Shown here piece after piece: positions 1 through 7,819 of a stretch of DNA of 64,000 nucleotides. Every line of letters begins with the position of its first letter. The first letter of the stretch is position 1. The position numbers and the translations under genes were made by a program. The notes under the pieces are model-generated. The model made no database searches. It saw only the letters and a list, made by a program, of their open reading frames with translations, and had not been told where the DNA came from. Source of the DNA: Candidatus Methanomethylicia archaeon (GTDB lineage Archaea > Thermoproteota > Methanomethylicia > Nezhaarchaeales > B40-G2); contig JAPDJI010000026.1 in assembly GCA_029259155.1 (NCBI GenBank), forward strand, positions 1 through 64,000. The letters run 5' to 3'.

Positions 1-3
1 TCG

Positions 4-672
4 ATGGCTACGCTTTACGCAGCTAACGTGGAGGTCTCGGTGGGTAATAGGCGTGGAGTGATGTTTGAGGAGGCTCAAGTAGTGTCAGTGGGTTCAGGAT
101 CCATTACGGCTTTAGTCGACGGAAGCCTAGTTGAGTTGAGGGCCGGTGGAAAGTGGCTGGTAGTAGCTGAGGGGGCATTGTGTGAGGCAAACTGGAGCAA
201 AGTTGCGGAGTTAGTAGGGGAGGGTAGTGCTAAGCTGGCCTTCATTAGGGGAGCGGAGGGCTCGCTTAGCGTGCTGTTAGGGCTGAAGCAGGGAGACGTG
301 TTGGTGTTTAAGCCAGCACTGTTGGAGCTATGTGCTAGGAGATGGCTTCACACTCGTACTTACTTAAGCGTCAAGGCGAGGATCGTGGAGAAGGGGTCTA
401 ACTACCTTGTCTTGGAGAGAAACAGCCGTAGAGCGCTTGCATTCATTAACGGGAGCTGGGTTAAGGCAGGTGTCGGCGAAGTCCAGTGGAGCCAGGTTGC
501 CGATGAGTTTAAGGTGGGGGATGAAGTTAGGCTGTTCTGTCACAACGTCCTACTCGTGGATCAAGGCTTCGAGGAGGCCTTCGGCCTTGCAGGCTTCATC
601 TGGGGCTACAGCGGGGCCATCATAGATCTAAGCTCAGGAACGGCGCTTTCGAGGCTAGTGGTCGCTGGCTAG
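4..672 (+). CDS. Hypothetical protein with two tandem beta-rich (OB-fold-like) repeats; possibly 5'-truncated by the window edge
   Basis: 222-aa ORF with open frame from base 1. Two internally similar segments: AQVVSVGSG...GKW...ANWSKVAE and ARIVEKGSN...GSW...VQWSQVAD. Confidence 0.7.
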   Translation: MATLYAANVEVSVGNRRGVMFEEAQVVSVGSGSITALVDGSLVELRAGGKWLVVAEGALCEANWSKVAELVGEGSAKLAFIRGAEGSLSVLLGLKQGDVLVFKPALLELCARRWLHTRTYLSVKARIVEKGSNYLVLERNSRRALAFINGSWVKAGVGEVQWSQVADEFKVGDEVRLFCHNVLLVDQGFEEAFGLAGFIWGYSGAIIDLSSGTALSRLVVAG

Positions 673-689
673 GCATGCCTTGCTCCTCC

Positions 690-698
690 TTTTTCTTT
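690..698 (+). terminator. Oligo-T archaeal terminator candidate
   Basis: TTTTTCTTT about 18 nt downstream of the stop of ORF 4..672. Confidence 0.4.
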
Positions 699-1243
699 AG
701 TTAAGGCTTAACTGAAGTGAATTGTTGGCGAGGTTTTAAAGCTAAGCGTAGGGGGGCTGTCGACGGGGCTCTACGTGATGTTCGAGTGAGTCATGGAGAA
801 CAAGCTCTTTGTAATGCTTGGAGGCCTTGTCGCAGCCCTACTACCAGTAGAGTAGCGGGCTGATGAAGGCGAGGAGCATCGACCCCCTCGTCAAGCCACG
901 GATTCCAGCCGCAAACCTGCCGATACAGGCCTCAACCTTAAACCTCCCTTAACTAGAGGGAGGCATAGCTAGGCTGGAAGAGAAGCTCGAGGAAGTTAAG
1001 GCAGGTGAGCGGCAGAGGATCAAGGTAATACGCCTGGAGCGCGGCGAAGTTAAGCCGCTCAAAAAGGTTGATGTAAGCCTCATATGCCCACACCTCCAAC
1101 GCCTCTACCCATCAAAAGACCAAGAAACTAGAAGCGGCTGCATACACAACCTCGAGCATAGAGTACAGGAGCTTGGAGCCAGGCTCGAGAGGCTTCAGAG
1201 ATGGGTCAATAGGCACCTCATGGAGTCAGGGTGGGTTAAGGCG

Positions 1244-1255
1244 GAAAGGTTTAAG
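1244..1255 (+). promoter_or_regulatory. BRE/TATA promoter of tRNA-Trp
   Basis: GAAAGG-TTTAAG about 27 nt upstream of the tRNA 5' end. Confidence 0.6.
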
Positions 1256-1281
1256 GGGGCTCTCCTTAACCAAACCTACAG

Positions 1282-1435
1282 GGGGCCGTAGTCTAGCAAG
1301 GTAGGACGGCACCGGGTAACACCCGGCGTTAAGGGCTCCAGAGGAATAGGAAACGTATGGACCATGAGGGATGACGAACCTCTGGAGCTGGGTGGAGAAA
1401 CCCGTTGGTCGTGGGTTCAAGTCCCACCGGCCCCA
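1282..1435 (+). tRNA. trnW: tRNA-Trp(CCA) with two introns: 1311-1332 (position 28/29, 22 nt) and 1342-1399 (position 37/38, 58 nt)
   Basis: Acceptor stem GGGGCCG/CGGCCCC+A, D stem GTCT/GGAC, T arm GTGGG-TTCAAGT-CCCAC. After removing both introns the anticodon stem is GCGGG/CCCGT with loop CT-CCA-GA. Both introns have bulge-helix-bulge junctions (GACG:CGTT and CTCC:GGAG central helices). Confidence 0.92.
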
Positions 1436-1574
1436 TTACCCAACCAGTTTCCTGAAAACGCATTAGATGTAGGGTGCTTTCCACCAGACTGAGAGGTATG
1501 CTTAACGCATGCCTGCGGAGCTGCTGAGGCAAAGCAGCGGTAAGCTTAGTAAACCCCCAACTGACTATAGTTTC

Positions 1575-1707
1575 GCGGCCGCACGCCGGCCATAGGCGGA
1601 GGGGGAACACCCGGACTCGTCAGATCCCGGAAGTTAAGCCCTCTGCCGCGGGACCGAGTACTCGATTCCGCGAGGGTCGGGGAAAGGCCCGTGCTGGCGG
1701 CGGCCGC
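1575..1707 (+). rRNA. rrf: 5S rRNA, unlinked from 16S/23S, with extended helix I (mature ends approximate)
   Basis: 5S hallmarks GGCCATAG, GGAACACCCGGACTCGT, CCCGGAAGTTAAGCC, AGTACT and GGGAAA. Terminal helix CGCCGGC/GCTGGCG is extended by GCGGCCGC/GCGGCCGC. Confidence 0.93.
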
Positions 1708-1792
1708 CTTAATGTTTAAGGCTGTCTTTAAGCGTAATAACTTAATAGGGAGCGTGTAAGGCTAGGAGAGGGTTGAGGGGAAGGGTCTCAGA

Positions 1793-2920
1793 GTGTTCGC
1801 CATGGAGTTAGCACAGTTATTTCCTACAGGAGACCCTTACCAGATGGTGTTTTCGCTCATCTACCTCTTCGTCTTCATAATGTTGTTTATGGTTTTTAAC
1901 CAGCACTTCCAGAGGATGTGGTGGACGAGGGATGTCGAGAAGGCTCTAGTTAAGCTCGACCGCTACGTTAAACGTAGCAAGGAGGTTTTACACAAAGCGA
2001 TCATGGATCAAGGCAAGCCAGACACGGATCCTTCGAAGGCGGTAGAGGACTTTTTGGAGTTCTTCGTCATAGAGCCTGTGGACAAAGACCCCTACGGGGT
2101 CTTGAAGAGGCTAGAGCACATCTTAGATGTAGAGAGGGATAGGTTTAGGTCTTTCATAGCTCACGTCGCCCCTAAGGCTGATCCCACAACCTCCGCCAAC
2201 TTAGAGGACTTGCTGGCCGTCTCCATGGCTCTAAACCTGATCTATAAAATAACCAGGCACTACTTGATCCTAAGTAAGAGGACTAAGAGCCTACTGGTCT
2301 TGATGCAGATAGCCTATGCCGTACCCTTGATCCTTAGGATAGCTGAAGCCTACTACAGCTCCCTCGACGCCTTCTCCACAGGTAAGCCCATAGGTGACTC
2401 CGCGGGACCTATGGTGGCTGGAAGGTTCATGATAGGCCAACAGTGCTTTAAGATAGCTGAGGACGTAGTAGCTTCAGAAGTACCCTTTGAGGGCAGAAGG
2501 TTGATAGTGTTGAAGGCTGACGGCCCAGGAGGAAGAGTTGGTAAGCCTGGAGACGCTGTGGTTAAGGTGGTGGAGGAACATAAGGATAAGGTGTCTAGGA
2601 TAATCATGGTGGACGCAGCCGCTAAGCTGGAAGGTGAGCGTACAGGGCAGGTGGCTGAAGGCGTAGGAGCAGCCATAGGCGACCCTGGCCCTGAGAAATA
2701 CAAGATAGAAGAAGTGGCGACGAAGTACCATATACCACTAGATGCATTGGCTATCAAGGAATCCATCGAGGAGGCGGTGTCGACCATGAAGAAGGAGATC
2801 GTAGAAGGAGTGGAGACGGCGGTGGAGAGAGTTAAGAACATTATTAGGACTAGGACTAAGGAAGGCGACGTGGTGATCCTGGCAGGCATAGGAAATACCA
2901 TAGGTGTAGGTAATGGGTGA
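1793..2920 (+). CDS. DUF1512-family membrane-anchored protein
   Basis: N-terminal TM helix, motifs IEPVDKDPYGV, PIGDSAGP, IIMVDAAAKLEGE and C-terminal GIGNTIGVG; next to map. Confidence 0.8.
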   Translation: MFAMELAQLFPTGDPYQMVFSLIYLFVFIMLFMVFNQHFQRMWWTRDVEKALVKLDRYVKRSKEVLHKAIMDQGKPDTDPSKAVEDFLEFFVIEPVDKDPYGVLKRLEHILDVERDRFRSFIAHVAPKADPTTSANLEDLLAVSMALNLIYKITRHYLILSKRTKSLLVLMQIAYAVPLILRIAEAYYSSLDAFSTGKPIGDSAGPMVAGRFMIGQQCFKIAEDVVASEVPFEGRRLIVLKADGPGGRVGKPGDAVVKVVEEHKDKVSRIIMVDAAAKLEGERTGQVAEGVGAAIGDPGPEKYKIEEVATKYHIPLDALAIKESIEEAVSTMKKEIVEGVETAVERVKNIIRTRTKEGDVVILAGIGNTIGVGNG

Positions 2921-3291
2921 GAAACATGGCGAAGACTACGCTACCAGCCTTAGCTGCGGCTTCAGCAGCGTTAGCCCTCATATTAATAGTCTTAAGCCTA
3001 GTGTTCACCGAGACTAGGATTGGAGCTATGTTATCGCTCCTCTTCCTGCTAGTTCTAGTTAGCATGTCGCTGAGCTTAATAGCTATGGCCGCTCAGCGTA
3101 AACCAACAGCACAGGCTCTTCCAAGCGTGGTGACCGTGATAAGCTGTCTTAACTGTGATTATAGGGAGGAAAGAGAGTATAAGGTCGGAGACTTCGTGTT
3201 CAAAAAACTTGGAAGCTGTGCTCGATGCGGCGGAGAACTGTTTATATCAGCTATTTACGCTGTTAGGCGAGCTGGCGAGAAGCGGTTTTAG
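2917..3291 (+). CDS. Small 2-TM membrane protein with C-terminal Zn ribbon
   Basis: Two hydrophobic helices followed by CLNC...CARC; overlaps the DUF1512 stop (GTGA). Confidence 0.8.
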   Translation: MRNMAKTTLPALAAASAALALILIVLSLVFTETRIGAMLSLLFLLVLVSMSLSLIAMAAQRKPTAQALPSVVTVISCLNCDYREEREYKVGDFVFKKLGSCARCGGELFISAIYAVRRAGEKRF

Positions 3292-3302
3292 AGGCGCAGT
3301 GG

Positions 3303-4211
3303 ATGGAGGATTACGAAGTAAAGTGTTATTTAAAGGCTGGAGAAGCAGCTTCAAAGGCTTTGAAGGAGACGTGTAGCCTCGTCCACGAAGGAGTACCGGT
3401 GAAGGAGCTCTGCGAGAAAGCTGAGGCGGTTATCAGGAGCCTAGGGGCTCAGCCAGCTTTTCCGTGTAACGTTTCGATCGACAGCGTCGCTGCCCACTAC
3501 ACAGCCTTGGCTGACGATGAAGCCGTGGTTCCGAAGGGGAGCTTAGTCAAGATCGACGTAGGGGCACACGTGGACGGATACATAGGTGATGTGGCTGCAA
3601 CCGTATCGCTTAGCGAGGCTTGGGAGCCTCTACTGGAGGCCGCTAAGGTAGCTTTGAAGAGCGCTCTCGAGATCGTAAAGCCGGGCGTAAGCATGGTTAG
3701 ACTGGGAGGAGCCATTGAAGGGGCTATCAAGGCATATGGCTTTAAGCCTATCCGAAACCTGACTGGCCACGGCCTTTCAAGGTTTAACCTACACTCAGGC
3801 ATCTCCGTCCCCAACGTGAAGACGGGTGAGGGAGTGATAGAGGATGGAGCCGCCTACGCTATTGAGCCGTTCGCGACCAATGGAGCTGGCTACGTAGTGA
3901 ACAGCGAAACAACAGTGATATATAGATACGTAGGGGGCAAGAAGGTCAAGGATAAAGCTGCAAAGGAGCTTCTCGAGGAAGTATGGAGAAGGTTTAATGG
4001 TTTACCCTTCACTGAGCGCTGGCTGGTTGATAAGTACCCCCTAAGCGAGCTTAGGAAGCTAGTAAAACTGCTGGTCGACGCTAGAGCTCTTTACTGCTAC
4101 CCCGTCTTAGTTGAGGGTAGAGGAGGAATGGTTAGCCAATTCGAGTGCACCGTAATTCTAGTTGAAGGAGAATGTATAGTAACCACTCCTCAGGAGTGGA
4201 TTAAAACGTGA
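3303..4211 (+). CDS. map: Methionine aminopeptidase type II
   Basis: AFPCNVS, AAHYT, KIDVGAHVDGYIGD, NLTGHG, AIEPFAT, QFECT motifs. Confidence 0.97.
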   Translation: MEDYEVKCYLKAGEAASKALKETCSLVHEGVPVKELCEKAEAVIRSLGAQPAFPCNVSIDSVAAHYTALADDEAVVPKGSLVKIDVGAHVDGYIGDVAATVSLSEAWEPLLEAAKVALKSALEIVKPGVSMVRLGGAIEGAIKAYGFKPIRNLTGHGLSRFNLHSGISVPNVKTGEGVIEDGAAYAIEPFATNGAGYVVNSETTVIYRYVGGKKVKDKAAKELLEEVWRRFNGLPFTERWLVDKYPLSELRKLVKLLVDARALYCYPVLVEGRGGMVSQFECTVILVEGECIVTTPQEWIKT

Positions 4212-4705
4212 AGTTTAGGTATAGGAGAGTCGCGGTGGGGGGTACTTTCGATAGACTACATAAAGGACACAAAGCTCTGCTATCCAAAGCCTTCGAGGAA
4301 GGAGTCGAGGTCTACCTGGGGCTCTCCTCCGATTCCATGATTGAGGACAAGAAGCTAGCTGAGCGAGTGGAGAGCTTCGAGAAAAGGCTTGAAGCACTTA
4401 AAGCCTTCCTTGAAGAGAGAGGCTGGGTCTCTAGGACTAAGATAGTTGAGCTGAAGAGGCCTGAAGGACTTTTACTGGATGACCCTTCCATAGAGGCTTT
4501 AGTGGTGAGCGAGGAAACCAAGAGGAGAGCTGAGGAAATTAACGAGGCGAGAGTTAAGAAAGGACTCCCTCCCCTAAGCCTCGTGGTAATACCTATGGTT
4601 AAGGCCGAGGATGGGAAACCCATTTCTTCAACTAGGATAAGGGCTGGAGAGATCGATGAAAACGGCAGGTTGCTAAAGAAAACGGTAAACCAAGAAGAAG
4701 GATAG
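4208..4705 (+). CDS. coaD: Phosphopantetheine adenylyltransferase (archaeal type)
   Basis: VGGTFDRLHKGH, VVSEET and ISSTRIRAGEID motifs. Confidence 0.92.
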   Translation: MKFRYRRVAVGGTFDRLHKGHKALLSKAFEEGVEVYLGLSSDSMIEDKKLAERVESFEKRLEALKAFLEERGWVSRTKIVELKRPEGLLLDDPSIEALVVSEETKRRAEEINEARVKKGLPPLSLVVIPMVKAEDGKPISSTRIRAGEIDENGRLLKKTVNQEEG

Positions 4706-5398
4706 GGCGAGCAACGCGAACGAAGATATCGTCACTAAGTAGTCAACTCCCCTAAACTTCAAGTCGAAGAGCCACGTACGTTTGGGTGAAGCCCCGAAAG
4801 CTCGACTCTCCATGGCTTCAGCAACCCTATAGCTACGGCGCACCGTGTTTATGACTAAAGGTATCAGTATGGGTATGAGGTTCCTGAGCCTTTTGATGAA
4901 GCCTGTCTCCAGGTCTAAACCTCTAGCTCGCTGGGCATCTATAATTAGCTGGGCCTCACGAGCTAAGGTAGGAACGAAGCGGATGGCCATGGAGAGCTCT
5001 AAGGCTAACTCGTACGGTAAACCTAGTTTAACTAGAGCAAGGGACAGGTCATCAGGGCTCGTAGTGAGGAAAAATAGCGAGAGCGAGGCTACAAGGGTGA
5101 TTAGCAGGGAAACCATGGAGGCAGCGTAGAAAGCGTCGACGTACCACCAGTTAACGAGGAAGATAAAAACGGATAGTAGGATCAGCCCTTTAAGGGTCTT
5201 CAACCATTGACCCGCACAGCCAGAAGCAACTATCAGCCCTAGAGAAAGGAGGAGTAGAGCTAGAGAAGGGAGAAGGAAGCCCCTGAAGATTATGGCTGAA
5301 GAGGCCAACGAGAAGACTAGCAGTAACTTGGACCGAGGGTCAAGCCTGTGTATGAGGCTTACTCCCTTCTTGAAGGAAAAGCCCTGTAGTAAGCTCAG
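4673..5398 (-). CDS. ecfT: ECF transporter transmembrane T component; probable CTG start at 5398 (ORF track starts at 5308)
   Basis: Frame upstream of 5308 encodes the conserved IHRLDPRSKL; AQRARG and AMESRAF motifs present. Confidence 0.9.
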   Translation of the reverse strand: MSLLQGFSFKKGVSLIHRLDPRSKLLLVFSLASSAIIFRGFLLPSLALLLLSLGLIVASGCAGQWLKTLKGLILLSVFIFLVNWWYVDAFYAASMVSLLITLVASLSLFFLTTSPDDLSLALVKLGLPYELALELSMAIRFVPTLAREAQLIIDAQRARGLDLETGFIKRLRNLIPILIPLVINTVRRSYRVAEAMESRAFGASPKRTWLFDLKFRGVDYLVTISSFALLALSFFLVYRFL

Positions 5399-6228
5399 CT
5401 TAAAACCCCCTCGACCAGTTCTTTAGCAAATAGAGAGTAGTCTCTGAAGAGGCGGGGGGAAGGGAGGAGGCCCCGCCTAGCCAAAGCCAAAGAAAGCTCT
5501 ACCGAGGGTGGTGGTAGAAGCGAGGAGGCTTTAAGAAGCTCTTCGTTCACTAAAATCTCCTCGGCGCGTCCATCAGCCACAACCCTGCCTCGTGAAAGCA
5601 CCACTACCCTCGATATGTGGTCAGCCACGAAGTCCATGTCGTGGGTTATGACCACGACCGTCCTGCCCTCCTCGACCATGTTCTTCACGATGTGGGCTAG
5701 CTCCCTCTTCTGGGCAGCATCTTGACCAACGGTAGGTTCATCGAGTATTAGGACGCGCGGGTCGTAGCTTAAGATAGAGGCTAAAGCCACCCTTCTACGT
5801 TCACCACTACTAAGCGTGAGGGGAGATCTACCCCTAAACCCTTCTAAGCCCAGACGCTTCAACACTCTCTCAACTCTACTAGCAGTCTCCTCCTTAGGGT
5901 ATCCGAGGTTCTTTGGAGCGAAAGCCACCTCCTCCTCCACGGTCTCCGAGAAGAGCTGATGGTCAGGGGATTGAAAGACGAAGCCCACATGCCTTGCAAG
6001 CTGAGATACCTTAGCCTTAGACACGTCTAATCCACACACCTTTACGCTACCCCGCTGTGGCTTAAGCAGCCCGATGAAGTGTTTGGCTAACGTGGTCTTG
6101 CCAGCGCCGTTCTCGCCCACTATGGCTAATAGGTCGCCCTCCTCAATTCTCAGGTTAATGCCACGTAGAGTAGGCTCAGTAGAACCAGGATAAGTAAACC
6201 AAAGATCCTCAACCTCTATGACGGCCAA
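5395..6228 (-). CDS. ecfA2: ECF transporter ATPase A'
   Basis: Walker A GENGAGKT, FQSPDHQLF, LSSGE signature, ILDEPT. Confidence 0.93.
   Translation of the reverse strand: MAVIEVEDLWFTYPGSTEPTLRGINLRIEEGDLLAIVGENGAGKTTLAKHFIGLLKPQRGSVKVCGLDVSKAKVSQLARHVGFVFQSPDHQLFSETVEEEVAFAPKNLGYPKEETASRVERVLKRLGLEGFRGRSPLTLSSGERRRVALASILSYDPRVLILDEPTVGQDAAQKRELAHIVKNMVEEGRTVVVITHDMDFVADHISRVVVLSRGRVVADGRAEEILVNEELLKASSLLPPPSVELSLALARRGLLPSPRLFRDYSLFAKELVEGVLS
6142..6218. repeat. 77-bp exact direct repeat, copy 1 (5' part of ecfA2)
   Basis: Identical base for base to 6974-7050. Confidence 0.95.
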
Positions 6229-7063
6229 GAAACTCCACCAACCCTTCGGCTAGCTCCTCAGAAGTTAGCGGAGGCCTTGTTAGCTTGACGCCGTGAAACA
6301 ACAGCTGCTTGAAAAGCCGAATAGGCTTAGGTACCGCTACACCAAGCCTCAACGCCTCTTCTGAGGAGAGAGCTTCTCGTGGGTCGCCTTGGACCAGCAC
6401 GGCTCCACGATCCATCAACACCACCTGGTCTGCGTATCGAGCCACGAGGTCGAGTCTATGCTCGACCAGGATGACCGTTAAGCCTTCTTCGTTAAGCTCG
6501 ATGAGGGCTTTGGTTAGCTCCAAGGCGCTTACGGGGTCTAGGTTAGATGTGGGTTCATCGAGCACGAGAACACTGGGCTTCAGGGCGAGAGCTGCGGCTA
6601 TAGCCACCTTCTGCTGCTCCCCTCCAGAAAGCTCGAAAGGCGCCTTGTCACGTAGATGCTCGATCCTTAAAGCCTTTAGCGCCTCTTCAACCCTACTCTT
6701 AACTTCCTTGGTGGGGAGGCCAAGATTCTCAGGGCCGAAGGCTATCTCCCTCTCCACGGACAAGCATATAAGCTGGTCTTCAGGTTCCTGAAACACCATC
6801 CCTACTTCGCGGGCCAGCTCGTGGGTGGAGCGAGATGCGACGTCTATGCCGTTAACCAGTACCCTTCCCCGTAAAGTGCCGCCGTAGAAGTGAGGTATAA
6901 GGCCGTTGAAACACCTACAGAGAGTGGTTTTACCGCAGCCACTAGGGCCAGCTATAATAGTGAAGGAGCCACGCTCAATTCTCAGGTTAATGCCACGTAG
7001 AGTAGGCTCAGTAGAACCAGGATAAGTAAACCAAAGATCCTCAACCTCTACCGCTACATCCAT
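6209..7063 (-). CDS. ecfA1: ECF transporter ATPase A
   Basis: GPSGCGKT, FQEPEDQ, LSGGE, LDEPT; GLIPHFY typical of EcfA. Confidence 0.93.
   Translation of the reverse strand: MDVAVEVEDLWFTYPGSTEPTLRGINLRIERGSFTIIAGPSGCGKTTLCRCFNGLIPHFYGGTLRGRVLVNGIDVASRSTHELAREVGMVFQEPEDQLICLSVEREIAFGPENLGLPTKEVKSRVEEALKALRIEHLRDKAPFELSGGEQQKVAIAAALALKPSVLVLDEPTSNLDPVSALELTKALIELNEEGLTVILVEHRLDLVARYADQVVLMDRGAVLVQGDPREALSSEEALRLGVAVPKPIRLFKQLLFHGVKLTRPPLTSEELAEGLVEFLGRHRG
6974..7050. repeat. 77-bp exact direct repeat, copy 2 (5' part of ecfA1)
   Basis: Identical base for base to 6142-6218. Confidence 0.95.
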
Positions 7064-7093
7064 GTAACTGAAGCCTCCGCCTCTAAACCCCCT

Positions 7094-7378
7094 TTATTCT
7101 GGCCTAAGCCTCCGCCTCATCAAGATTAAGTCCGCTTCTTTGAGAGCCTCCTCCACCGCCTCGCTGATTAACCCTTCGAGGTCTACGTCCACTCCTGGAT
7201 GTGCATTAAACTCAGCGTCGACATCAACTACTATCCTACCGTCGTCATCCCTATCTACGTAGACGGTAACTGAAAAATCACGGACGCCTCCACGAGGTAG
7301 GCTTGAATAAATCCTTCTCCTAACCTTCTCCTCCACCCTTAAGGCAAGATCCTCCCAGGATACTTCCTCGGCGCTCAA
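7094..7378 (-). CDS. DUF3194-like small acidic protein
   Basis: 94 aa, helix-strands-helix pattern, directly downstream of prefoldin beta as in other archaea. Confidence 0.6.
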   Translation of the reverse strand: MSAEEVSWEDLALRVEEKVRRRIYSSLPRGGVRDFSVTVYVDRDDDGRIVVDVDAEFNAHPGVDVDLEGLISEAVEEALKEADLILMRRRLRPE

Positions 7379-7393
7379 CGAGCAGCACCATGG

Positions 7394-7774
7394 CTAAGCG
7401 CCGCCCGCTCCAGTCGATGAAAGCGACTGCGTTATCTTCTGCCTTAACTCCTCTACCTGTTTCCTCGCTAAATTCTCCTGGCGCTCTAGGGTCTTAATGT
7501 GTAGCTCAAGCGTCTCCTTTTTGTCTTGAAGCTCAGCTATGGTCTTGTCTCGGTCAGCTAGGAAAAGCAGCGTACCCACAGACTTGTAGATGGGCGTTTC
7601 AGGACTTAGCTTTTCCAACTCCTCTAAGGCTCTCTGAACTTCCCTAAGCTCCACTTCATACTGCTGCCTCCTCAAGATTAGAGCTCTTAATCGTTCTTGG
7701 CTTTCCTGGAGCTGCATGATCTTATGCTGTAACTCGGGTGGAAGTTCTTGAGACATGACCACTTGCGCCTCCAT
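7394..7774 (-). CDS. pfdB: Prefoldin beta subunit
   Basis: Coiled coils flanking the IYKSVGTLL hairpin. Confidence 0.95.
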   Translation of the reverse strand: MEAQVVMSQELPPELQHKIMQLQESQERLRALILRRQQYEVELREVQRALEELEKLSPETPIYKSVGTLLFLADRDKTIAELQDKKETLELHIKTLERQENLARKQVEELRQKITQSLSSTGAGGA

Positions 7775-7819
7775 GATTATAGGATAGCAGTAGAAGAGCC
7801 TTAGTTAAACTATTTAAGT

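Noticed and set aside
1465-1545. Two CTGA motifs and a GCTGCT/AGCAGC hairpin between tRNA-Trp and 5S as a possible C/D sRNA
   Set aside because: No convincing box C/C' and no recognisable guide target
1226-1610. Minus-strand ORFs 1226-1420 and 1329-1610
   Set aside because: Antisense to the tRNA-Trp and 5S rRNA genes, with no protein motifs
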